Origin: Zancudomyces culisetae HAW-14-8
Taxonomy: Eukaryota > Fungi > Kickxellomycota
NCBI GenBank assembly: GCA_052426225.1
Contig: JBNJNM010000006.1
Span: 2,480,001-2,544,000, forward strand
Direction of reading: 5' to 3'
Length of the DNA: 64,000 nucleotides
The notes beneath the pieces were generated by a model that was given only the letters and a program-made list of their open reading frames with translations, was not told the DNA's origin and searched no databases. Both the position numbers and the translations under genes were made by a program. Shown here one piece after another: positions 25,594 through 37,398 of the stretch; position 1 is the first letter of the stretch; every line of letters begins with the position of its first letter.

Positions 25594-26845
25594 ATGGATT
25601 CCAGATTTAAAAAGTTAATATACAATCCGGTATATACCTCAAGCTTCCTATTATTGCTGGTAACTATTTTCTTTAATATAAAAACTATAATTTGACCGTT
25701 TTTGCTTTTGTTTTTGTTTTTGCTACTAGTTTAGTTTAATTTTGTTTTCTTTTTCTGCGGCTTTCGAAATGCATAATTTTAACAGTACTAACTATCAATA
25801 ACAGATAGGATTGGTGGTATCCATAGTGGGTGCGCTTGCCTCGGATAAGGCTGTGGTTTCCGTCACTTATGTGGTTATTGCACTTGTATCTGCCCAACTC
25901 ATATTTTTGGCGATTCTGATTTTGTTTGATCTCATTTTGGATTATAGGAATGTGGTAAGATTTTTATAGTACAATTTCACTTCTTTTTGTATATACAAGT
26001 AAATTTACATACTTTGCTTTTGCAAATATCTAGATTGCAACAACTACTAATTTATCTTTACTCGCTTTACAATTGATGATAGGCACTTTCATTTAACGTA
26101 TTCCTAATGTCTATCATTTATGGAAATATAAATTACTACTTTGACTCAAATGTCGCAGCGCTCCAAACCCTATCTTCCGGTTTTATAATTATGATTGTGG
26201 CAATGGTAAAGTTTTAATGCTAGTCAAATTTCACTCAGCCTATATGCTCTTATTTTTTTAAAAAAAAGTACTTATAATTATGGTGATATATAGGTGTATT
26301 GGACATTTATTTTGGGAGGAAGCACGGAGACGACTTTATTTAAGCTAGCAGAAGGAAGAATCAATACACGAAATACGACACAAGTAAGGGCATCAAATGC
26401 ACTTTTCAGAAGCTTGAGCTTTGGAAAAACACACTCAATGAATCAGTTTGATGCTGGTGGTATCCTATTCAGAGCCGTTGCCCTTTACTCATGTAATTTT
26501 TATCATTATGTATTTCCAACTAGTACACCATTTTCTATTGCTCTTTTTATACAATGTTGGGGATAAGTTAAAGAATAATTTTAAAAATAGATGCACCAAC
26601 GGACGATCCATCTGAACTTGGATTTGAAAAGGGAGAGATGTTGGATATCCTGGATGATAGAGGAAAATGGTGGAGTGCTAAGAAATCTGATGGGAAATCT
26701 GGTATTGTCCCAAGCAACTATGTAAGCCTTTACTTTTTACGCTATATTGAATTCTTATGGAATCAAATTTGGTTATCACAGTTTTAACCCTTCCTTTTTT
26801 TTTTGCAACGCCTATGTCTAATAGTTCAAGATAATGGAGGACTGA
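25594..26845 (+). CDS. SHO1: Sho1-like tetraspan membrane osmosensor with C-terminal SH3; 6 exons
   Basis: Manual splicing gives four hydrophobic segments, then RAVALYSYAPTDDPSELGFEKGEMLDILDDRGKWWSAKKSDGKSGIVPSNYFKIMED* (SH3). Confidence 0.85.
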
Positions 26846-29081
26846 AAACGGTTATTTCCAGTAACTATCTCATTCGTTGCTTTCAGACGAGCTGTCAACA
26901 CTTATTGCTTGTAACATTTTGAATATATCTTTCAATACTCACTTGGATGGATCAATCACTCTTATGCGCTAGTATTCTTTAGTAGTTTAGCAATTTATTC
27001 TAGAGTAAATAAAATTGGTTGTATTATTTTTTTATGGAAATGTCCATTACTTGGAAATTGGGAAATTTTGCACCGACTATAATAGACATTTGAGAAATGA
27101 TATTATGTCTCAAGATCAACAAGGCAGCCTAGTATTAGGATACTTACAGTACCTACTTTTTTTTTAAAAAAAAGGACAGGTGTAAGTATTATATTTTTGC
27201 TTGTAATACAAGATGTTATTTCAAATAGCCCATTACCAGGATGGTGGTATTAGGATGTATTTTACACAATTCATTCATGTAAAAGGGAGAAAAAGGGGAT
27301 TGAGTGGTATAATTATGCTAAAAAAAAACAAAACATCAAAGGAATGTGAGAAAACTAGGATGGGGCTAGACTTCTTTTTGGGTATATCACCCATTCGATT
27401 TTTATTACCCAAAAATGCACGTAAACATAATGAGAAGATAGTGCCACGGATAATAAGTAGCGTTGCTAGGTTTTAAACGTTCTGACCCAACACTTTGGTT
27501 ATGGTGTATTTACTTGTGAAAGATGGTAGCCAATTCTGGAAGCGAGTTTGAATCAAAAACTATAATTGTTCCTCTTTCCCTGGTCTCGTATAGTCCTGCT
27601 ATTTATGACTCTGTTAATAGACTTGTGCAGAACTACTTTTGCCTTTTTGCTTAACAAGTCTAACAATAACAAAAATTATACTAATACTATGACAATAATA
27701 CTGCTACTCAGAGTTTAGCTAAAATACTCCTTACTCAAGAAAAAAAAACGTTCTCTTTTTAATATCTTAGGTTCCAAATCTGCCCATATATGAAAATGGA
27801 ATAATCAAAGGTCTGTGGGGAAACCAACTTTTCGAACCGTAAAAACCTAAGACTTTTCGTAAAAACTAACTAGATAAATGAGTAAAGTATACCCAGGTAC
27901 GAACTGACAAACCAATTTTGCAGTTCCAAGCTTCACCACCAAAAAACAAGAAGTGATAAAATGCCAGTTTATACTTGATTAAAAATGGTATATGTATCTG
28001 CACTATTTTTGTATGCAGTGTTCTCTAATCAAGCTTTTTTATTCCATTTTATTTTCTGATGGTACCAAAATGAGAATTTTCATCTATCGATCCAGCCAAT
28101 AATCCAACAAGAATGTGGGTTCACCTTATATATACTATATATTGATGTTTGTTATTTTCTTGCAAGTATCACATTTGTATTTAATCAAACAAGAAAGCTC
28201 TAAAACTGCGAATAAGCTATATTACTAACAATTGTGATGTAGGGGTAAATTCTAGCACTAATAAAACGAAATAAAATAATGAACGAACGGTAAATCATCA
28301 ATCAAAAATCGAATGGAATGCAGGAAAGAAAAAAAGAAGAATTCATGGTTTTCTAATTCATTGCACTTTGCAAATTTGTGGTTGATTTTCCAGTTTTGAC
28401 AGTTTTTTTTTGCTAATAGAATCTGTTTAGGTATAAGGTACAGGGCAAAAATAACAAAAATAGGAAAATTAACCGAGTTTATTGGGCTAAACATTTGCGA
28501 TGTTAAAATACCCATGCTATTTTGCAAAAAAAAATAAAAAGGAACAAGGCATAATTAATTGACTGATAAATCATCCAACTATAAAATCATCACTAATTTA
28601 TTAATTGTATGTCTGTGTATTCAGCTTTTTTTTTCTTTTAGCTTTTAGACTTGAAGTGTAGTTGGTAATCAAAGTTCAAACTTTATAAAACAGGCTTTGT
28701 TCACAGAGAAAATAAAGTCCAAAACAAATCTCAACAACGTTTATTTTATCTATTCGCGACACTTTTCTAGGGATATACAAGGAAGCCCATCAAGTACAGA
28801 GATAGGAAAGACATTTACTCGTGTTTATCACTGTTGTTCAAGAAATTGGTAGCATACACACACTTTTCAAAGCGTTCAAGGATTATTCTGTTGATTTCCC
28901 CCCCCCTCTCTCTCCCAATTCCCTGCTGAACATTCTTGAATAAAGGAAAATTCTTTTTCTTTTCAGAAATAAGTAGATGCATACTAACTTTGTGCAATAA
29001 CCTACAGAAATTCGCGTAAAATTAGAATATTCAAATTCAAGAATAACAGAAAAAGGTGAAAGAAATCGAAAAGAAAAGGAA

Positions 29082-31091
29082 ATGGCTAGCGAAAAAGGTA
29101 AAAAAATGGTTTTCAACGGTGTGGCTATAGGAAGGGATATTTTCGACCCTACCAACCCCGAATTTCCAGGACCTGGGCAGTACGAGGTGTCAAATGGCGA
29201 GGAGAGCAATAGTTTGAGATACGGGAGCCTTAGCAAAGTAGACAAGTCCTCACTTAAACGAAATGTACTAGAAACAGGTACGTTTTCAAATGGAGAAAAA
29301 TCTGAAGCAGGCACTCAGGGTCGCGTGGCGTCTAGATCAGGATCAGTGGGAGTCAATGAGAGTAGGTCCGGTAGAGTTCGTATGGAGAGGAAAGCGGCAA
29401 TTCCAAAGGAAGCTACGCGCCAATTCAGGATCGATTCTGAGGGTAGGGACGCAAAGGCAGAAGCCGAACTGAAGGCAATGAAGAATAAACTGTATGAGGA
29501 GCAAGAAAAAGTAAAAAAGCTAACCAGAGAGATTGGCGAATTGGAAAGCAAGTACGAAAAAAAACTTGAGATCAAGGACCAAGAAGTGAAAAAGTTGACG
29601 CTCAAGGCGGATAGTTTAAATGAAAAGATAATAACTAGCCGAGAGGAGAACAAAAAAATACAGGCCGAGTTCGAGAGCCTTGGAAAGGAGGGTAAGGAGC
29701 TCAGTAGAGAGATGGAGAGAAAGCATTCTGATGCTATGAAAAAGGCAGGAGAGAGTGCAATAAAATTCAGCGAACAACAAAAGAAGGCAATGCAGCTTGA
29801 GACACAATTGAACGAGCTGAAGGAAAGTAGCACCAAGAGAGAAAAGGAATATATAATGAAGCTCGATGAATATAAAAAAGATTTGGAAGCAAAAAAAGAA
29901 TTAGTAGAAAACATAACTAAGGAATTAGAGGAAATGAATGAAAAAAGCAAGACATTGCAGGAAACTATGGGCACAGAAGCAGAGGCCAAACACCAACTGT
30001 TGACTTTAAAGACCAAAGCAGAAATCGAAAACCTCAACAAGGAGTTATCCCAAGTGCGAGAAGAAAAGGAGGCACTTTTGGAGCAAGTGGCAAAACTAGA
30101 AGCTTTACAAGCTGAGTTGAAGGCTCAGAATGAGAAATCCATAGAAGAAGCAGCTAGAAATCTTGCAAGTGCAAACGAGGAGGTAGCATGGCTGAAGCAG
30201 CAAAACAAGGAGCTATCTGAAAAATGCGAGGAAAAAGAAGCACAGAATGCAGCACAAGCAGCAAAGATTGATGCTTCACATACCGAGCAGCTTGATGATT
30301 TACATAAACAACTTGCTGTTGTAAGCGAGGATTTGGCACAAGCAGAATTACAGATCAACGAATTGGGTGAAGCTGCCAAGAAAACCGAGGAACAGCATCA
30401 AATTCACACAAAAGAAATGAGTGCTAAACACAGCAAACAAATCGAGTCTCTCAATAAGCAAATCCAAAGCCTCAAAGATGAAGTCAGTGATCAACTATCT
30501 TCGTATTCCAGCAAGAGCGACGAGTATGAACAATCCATAAAACGCAAGGATCAAGAAATTGTTGAGATGAACAGGCAGGTTGAAGCAATGAACGAACAAT
30601 CAAAGAGCTTTGTCAACAAACTAATGGCTAAAGAAGACGAAAACAACAACCTGAGCGACACTATTAGGAAGATGACTGAAGAGCATGTGAATAAATTTGC
30701 TGAACTAAACAAGACCATCGAACTGTTGAAAAATCAGCTGGATGAACAGAAACAGAGCTTTGAAAAACAACTCAAGGAAGATAGCGAGGCATTCCAGACA
30801 CTCAATAGCAAATATGTTCAAAGCGTTGCTGATCTCGGCGCTTCTGAATCTATAATAGATTCCAAGAAAAAGCAGGTTTCTAAATATAGAGACCAGAACA
30901 AACACCTAAACGATATCATCCGTTCCATCAAGGATAAAGTTGCTACTACCAAAACTATTTACCACGAACTCCAGGGCAATCCAAAACTCCAACTTGTCGA
31001 TTCTGATCTGTCTACGCTTAGCGACCATCTTGACGAGATTGCGTCTCAGGTTGACGATATTATTAGTGAACAAAGCATCACTTTTGATTAG
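29082..31091 (+). CDS. Long coiled-coil protein with N-terminal PGPGQY motif
   Basis: 669-aa intronless ORF; E/K/Q-rich heptad-like composition from about residue 120 to the end. Confidence 0.8.
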   Translation: MASEKGKKMVFNGVAIGRDIFDPTNPEFPGPGQYEVSNGEESNSLRYGSLSKVDKSSLKRNVLETGTFSNGEKSEAGTQGRVASRSGSVGVNESRSGRVRMERKAAIPKEATRQFRIDSEGRDAKAEAELKAMKNKLYEEQEKVKKLTREIGELESKYEKKLEIKDQEVKKLTLKADSLNEKIITSREENKKIQAEFESLGKEGKELSREMERKHSDAMKKAGESAIKFSEQQKKAMQLETQLNELKESSTKREKEYIMKLDEYKKDLEAKKELVENITKELEEMNEKSKTLQETMGTEAEAKHQLLTLKTKAEIENLNKELSQVREEKEALLEQVAKLEALQAELKAQNEKSIEEAARNLASANEEVAWLKQQNKELSEKCEEKEAQNAAQAAKIDASHTEQLDDLHKQLAVVSEDLAQAELQINELGEAAKKTEEQHQIHTKEMSAKHSKQIESLNKQIQSLKDEVSDQLSSYSSKSDEYEQSIKRKDQEIVEMNRQVEAMNEQSKSFVNKLMAKEDENNNLSDTIRKMTEEHVNKFAELNKTIELLKNQLDEQKQSFEKQLKEDSEAFQTLNSKYVQSVADLGASESIIDSKKKQVSKYRDQNKHLNDIIRSIKDKVATTKTIYHELQGNPKLQLVDSDLSTLSDHLDEIASQVDDIISEQSITFD

Positions 31092-31308
31092 GTTTGAGTA
31101 GATTTTTTCCCCCCACCCCCCCCCCTAGTTTAATCTAATTACATATACATCTTATTCTATTGATTTATAAACAATACTATTTGTCCACAACAAACTAATC
31201 GCAAATAAAATAAAATTTAGTAAGAAGCAAACAAACAAACAGATAAACAAATAGCCTAATGATTTCAACCGATCTGTCAACTAATCTATCAACTAATCAA
31301 TCAATCAA

Positions 31309-34300
31309 TCAATCCCAATTTTCTCGAAATTCGTTCCCATATGGATAAGTTGTGTGTTTCCAAGGATCAACTTCTGCTTTGCCTGTGTTTTCTGTATCTT
31401 TGTTATAAGAATTTCTCTTGCTGCTTCCACTATTGTGGTCATGAGTGTTTCTATTATCATGTTTATTTCTCTCGCTATCTTTATCGTTATCATTATCATC
31501 ACTATTATCACTATAATCATCACTACTACCACTACCACTACTACTACTACTACTACTATATCTAATATCCTCTAACTCTTTGTTGTATACATACACAGTG
31601 TTCCTTCTCATCATCTCCTCTAGAATTGCATTTTGATTTTGCTTTATCATACTATGCTCCTTTGGACTGTCGCTTTTATTCAAAAATGCCTCTAGCTCAT
31701 CCTCGCTCTCCTCCTTCTCGTCAATTTCCCCATGATTGTTGAGGTACCCATGGTCTTTAGTGTTGCTACTGTTATCAAAAACAGTACCTGTCGGTGGCGA
31801 CTGCGGCGATAAGACTAATGGCACTGTCATTGGAATATCGCCTTCGTAATCCTCCATTGAACCACCCCAATCTTCTTGCCCGCCTCCCACTCTATAATTG
31901 GCCTTGGATGTAGATCTCGCACCAGTGGTTCTTCCTTTATATGCTCTGGTGGATCCAAGTCCTTCACTGTTTACACTCAGCTTGTCAAATGACAGTTTCA
32001 AGTTGTCTGTTTCGAGTTCATCATTGAATGCTTTACTACTTTCATCGTAGTCTCTGCCTAAACCAGTAATACTATTAAATAAATTTTTATCCATCGTTTT
32101 GCTGCTAGTATTACTGCTATTACCGCCACTTTCCTTGCTTTGCGTTTCTCTTTGTTGTTCAGCCATAGATATTATTCCTTTTAAACTTCTTGCCCAATCT
32201 CTCACACTATATTCCACATCATATCGAGCCAGTGTAAATACATACTCATACAACTCAGTCATCGTAGAATGCATCTCATTCGATTCCCTTGTCATATCAT
32301 CTTTTGCCTTCAATACTGTACATAGCGTTAAAATTTCCCTTTTTGCCATAACTTTTTCGTTTTTGAAGTTTAATATTCCGTATTTCATTACATATGTTGC
32401 ATATGTACCAATTCCCCCAAACTTATTAGCCACTAGTCGATATATCATTGATCGTACCTCATCACCTTTTATCTGTTTGATTCTTCTGGCCAGCAAACAT
32501 GTGATTTCGTAAACTTGTCTAGATTTATCGCTGAAAATGTCTGTTCTGTCCTCAGAAATGCTGACCAACCCTATTAACGCCTTTGCACTTCCATTTACCA
32601 CCGAATCTATTATTATTACATTATTGTTATTCGAAAAAACATTGTTAATTTCGAATATCCCCTATCCCTCCGTATTATATCAAAACCCCCTACCTAGCCC
32701 TACAACTACTTTTAAACTCAAAAAAAAAAGAAAGAATAGTATATGAATGTGAATGTGAGTATGAATATGAATATCAACCAATTTACCTCGTGAACTTTCC
32801 AGCATTCCTAGTATCATACCTATATACCTGTTTCTATGCCTACCCGACTTTATTGTACAAACAAGTACCGTCTCAAATAAAACAGCAACATTATCATCCC
32901 CTAAAATACTCGCGTATTTTTCCAACTCGCTAAGCATACCCAAACTAGTATCTTCAGTTATCACTCTTGCGATCAGTTTTAACTTGTATTCTGCAACTTT
33001 TTCACTATCCGAACATGCTATACAAAACATTCCCGATTTTCCTTGAAATATCCCCTATTGTTTACCAGTATTTTGTAATTCTTGCTCTCAAACTTAGTAA
33101 TATCAAACAAATAAAAAGCACATTCAGTACAATATATTTTCATTTTGTCGTTCATAAAAACCTTTTTTCTTTTTTTTTGGTAATAAATTACAAGAACAAG
33201 ACTAAACAATCTTACCGGAAGCCTATTAGTAAGAGAAAGCATTTCAAAAAGTACATTTTCCTTTACTACCCCTTCGTTGACATTCATAATACGCATAATC
33301 GGATTCCATATCACGTTTTCTAGTGACTCTTTATCCATCAACCGTGCCAATGCTGAAACCGCTGCCATCACTACAGCATTGCTAGTACTGAAAAATAGCA
33401 GTTTTATTTTTTCAATCAGATACTCTTTATCCTTTTCTCTCTAAATTGATATTACAATACCAATCATGTTAGTAACTAGTCTTGAATTCCCTAGGTCCCA
33501 GTTCTCCTGGTAAATGCAGATAAAAACTTACCTTAATATTTGATGCACTGAGAAATGAAGCTGAATACCGCATTATGATATCCAAGAGTGTCAGTTGCCC
33601 CCATGCGTCCAAATCAATTAGCATTTCACAGCACTTTATGTAGTCGTTATATCCTAGCTCGAGGTCTGAACTACATATCACCATAAATGCTCTCATAACC
33701 GATCCAAATGCTATGTTCGACCGCTCATCCATCATTTCCATGATTATTTCTTGCAACTCTTCCTTTGTCTCATAATCACGCCTATTTAAAACATTCGCAC
33801 AGTCGTTATCCAAGTTGGTACCTTGTAATACAAACAAAAAAACAACAATAAAAGACAATTGTTTTATCCTTCCTAAGCATTTATTTCGGTTAACTTACTG
33901 ATATACCGTAAGAGCTGATAAAGCTGCTACTCGCCTAACATATGGTGAAGAATCCTTGCTTCCCCTTCTAACAGATAGGACTACAACTGTACTTATTGCT
34001 TTTATACGTATTTCTGATAGAACCTGCAGTGCAAGAGCACGAATAATCGGATCCTTATCCGACATATCCTTTTGAAATGTATTTATTGATAACAAAGCCA
34101 AATCCTGTTGACGTTCGGCATACTCCAAAAGATATACATATACTTTACGCCTGACTTCGTTGTTCCCCGACTCAATGTTTTTCACAACTTGTGCAAAGAA
34201 CGAAGATACATCCACTCCTTTCGCTATTAGCTAGATTGTTTATCTTTTGATTAATATTATTTTCCTTTAAATTAGTAGTAATTGTGTATTTAAAAAAAAA

Positions 34301-34572
34301 GAGAGTACAAATGACGCGAGTATCGTTGATAGAAATATAAATGGACAACTTACCACAATCAGTCTATTCAGGGCCTCTAGTTTTTCCTTATCATAGCTCG
34401 AATTTAATTCTTTGTTAATGCTATCCATTTTGTTTTCGGCTTCGTCATACAAATTCCCCAGAATCTCAAAATTCAAGTCTTTAACATTTTCCATTAAATC
34501 CTCGGATATCTGTGCAGACGCCAAAGCCACATCTTTCGCAAGGATTACCGCTCGATTTAAATATTCTGCCAT
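31309..34572 (-). CDS. APL6: AP-3 complex beta subunit; 6 exons
   Basis: DVSSFFAQVVKN..YLLEYAERQQDLALLSINTFQKD..IRALALQVLS..DSSPYVR; YVFTLARYDVEYSVRDWAR; acidic/Ser-rich tail. GT-AG junctions restore the frame (exon 1 ends 34354, exon 2 34230-33899, exon 3 33781-33532, exon 4 33440-33216, exon 5 starts 33054). Confidence 0.9.
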
Positions 34573-35304
34573 TTTTGCACTTTATTTTTACCTCTTTCCG
34601 GTTCCAATCCCTTTCGTATTTCCTTTGCTTGAAATTACTCTAAGTTGTATACAGGCATTTCGGGTTTTGAAAAGCCCTAAATATCAGTTAATTTTCTTGA
34701 GGTTTTGTAATTAATTTCCCAGTCATTTTTTACCACTTAATTTGAATTTGTCACCAGAAATTTGAGTGTCACAAAATTGAAGGAAAATTCACAACCATAT
34801 TTCAGTAAATCAAGCACAGATCTCAGTTAAGTAGGGGGAATGGGAGTGGGAGTGGAAGGGGAAGGCATATAAGTAAGATAATAAAGAGTAAATTAGCACA
34901 GGAATTTAGTAATATATTTGTAACAAGAAGGGAGATTGCTCAGGTATTTACTGAGGACACACTCGGGTAAACACCTTTCATGTGAAATGATAATAGCAGG
35001 TAGATTTCTTGGTGATATAGACTAGTCGGGTTTCATAGTCAATTTTTTCTTTTAGCAGAATAAAGGTATAAACAAAAAACATCAAATATATAAGCTTTAT
35101 TGATATAGACAGGTGATTTAAAGTAGCAGCTAAATCCCATTTTTTTTGAAAAGAATATATCCGAGTTTGGGATCAGCGTTAACTATCACTGTTAACGAGT
35201 AAATGTTATTAAATAAAGCAAGTTTTAATATCAATATATTTTGGATCATCACACATCATAAAATTAAAATGTTCAAATAAAATATACATATTAAACATTC
35301 ATCA

Positions 35305-35332
35305 ATGTTGTATGTTGTATGTTGTATGTTGT
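35305..35332 (+). repeat. (ATGTTGT)x4 heptamer array next to TATAAA in the promoter (also 44246-44273)
   Basis: Read directly from the sequence. Confidence 0.9.
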
Positions 35333-35468
35333 ATAAATCTCCACACTCAAATATAAATACTTGTTCAACTTTGCACTTGCTACATTTTATTTCTACACTA
35401 ACATACAGCAGCTGGTAAAGAAAGCATTTATTGAAAAAAAGCAAAAACTAAAGAGTACATGTTGAAAA

Positions 35469-37398
35469 ATGCGAGCAAGTGTAAAGATACTGTTGAGTGT
35501 GGTGTTGTTTGTCATACTTGGTGTAGGTATGATGCAAAAGGCCAGCGCTTTTACACTACCAACTCTAAAGTTAGTGGAGATAGGAAATCAAAACGAAAAC
35601 ATTTTGAAAATCGACTTGTTTGGGAATAAAGACTCGACAGGGATCTCGGAAAAGCGGAAAGATACAAAAACAACCACATCAACCACATCAACCACATCAA
35701 CCACATCAACTAAATCACCAAATAAGCCAGATAAATTAATCACATCCTCAACCACATCATCAACATCCTCAGAATCAACTACATCAACTACATCAACTAC
35801 ATCAACTACATCAACTACATCCTCAGAATCAACTACATCATCAAATACATCCTTGGATTTTGCGAGAATTTCAGAATCTCAAAATTATTTGATCTCTTCA
35901 TCTACAACAACGCATCCTGTTTTTAGCTCCGTTTCTAGCTTTACAAAAAATAATTCGCGTTACTCTACCTTTTATTCATCTCAAAAATACTCAACTAAGC
36001 ATATAACCCAAAAATGCAATCCTAAAGTTTCTAAATCCAAAACTCGAGAATGTAAATCTGCTACCCTCAAAACTAAAACAAAAAAGTATAAACCTACAAT
36101 CTCTAAAACGAAGTCGCCGAAGTGCTCTCGTACAAATCCCAAACAGTCTGAACTTCCAACTTCTAAAATGTGGTGTCACAACAGATGTAAATTCAACAAA
36201 CATGAAAACCGTAGAAATAATGGTGATGGCAGAGATGATAGGAATAACAGGAATAACAGGGATAACAGGGATAACAGGGATAACAGACAACGTCCTACTA
36301 AAACAAAATTACCATTCAACAAAAATTACCAAAATCATGGCTCTTCTCGTCACAAGCTTTCTCTAGATCATATAAGGTATAATATCAACTCTGAATACTC
36401 TGACAGATTTAGGCATGAAAAACACAATGATGATGGTAGAGGTGGCCACAAGTTTAAAAACCACAATAAAAATGTCCATAACCACAATCAAAAAATCAGT
36501 GATAAATCTAGCAATCATGATAGAGGTGAGTAGCGTGCAACTCTATTTTGACACTATTTGGTGCTATTTAGTACTATTTTTGAGTTTTAGAGCATATAAT
36601 ATATAATTCACTATATAAACAATACCGTAGCTTATATAATCTTATTTTCGAAGATATATTATAAACATCTTTTATAACTACACGTTAGGACATGGTCGAG
36701 AGTACTATGATGGTGATAGCGAGAGAAGTCGAGCAAAATCTAACAGGAATCATAAAGATCACAAAAACTATAGCATCCACAAAAACTATAGCAACCATAA
36801 AGACAACAAAAACCACAAAAACTATAGCAACCACAAAGACAACAGCATCCACAAAAACCACAAAAGCTACAAAAACTACAAAAACTACAAAAATGAACGC
36901 CATAAGCACCGATACCAGGATATAGAAATAGATAAACACCTATTTGATCATGTTAATGATGACGAGTATTTTGATCATAGTTATAACCATGAGAAATATC
37001 ATGAGTTTGGCCATGGTCGGGATCATCATCCATCCGAAGAAAGCTATGATTGGGCATCACCGGATCGGTTTATTCCCTGTGGTGTATATCGTACACAACT
37101 AGGGGATTCATGTATTTCAATTGCTCGCGCAAACAATATTTCCGTACAGGATATCTATGAATTTAACAAAAATACAAGAAAGTTTCATGGATGTGAAAAT
37201 ATACATACCGGAATACACATATGTATTTCACATGGAACCATGCCAAGAATAGTTGATTCAACCCAGGTATGTGGTGAAGAATCGCCAGAAAGGGCAAGGT
37301 GTCCGGATTATCAATGTTGTAGCGAGTGGGGACAATGTGGAGTGGGAGAAGGATTTTGCGGGATCAACGGGCAGAAAAAGTACAATGGGATATTCTAG
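35469..37398 (+). CDS. Secreted LysM + CBM18 (hevein) chitin-binding protein, Thr/Ser-rich form; exons 35469-36525 and 36689-37398 (588 aa)
   Basis: Signal peptide; AGAG|gtgagt...tag|GA splice; exon 2 ends CGVYRTQLGDSCISIARANNISVQDIYEFNKNTRKFHGCENIHTGIHICISHGTMP (LysM) and CGEESPERARCPDYQCCSEWGQCGVGEGFCG (CBM18). Confidence 0.88.

Noticed and set aside
29315-30040. 241-aa minus-strand ORF
   Set aside because: Antisense shadow of the E/K-rich coiled-coil gene.
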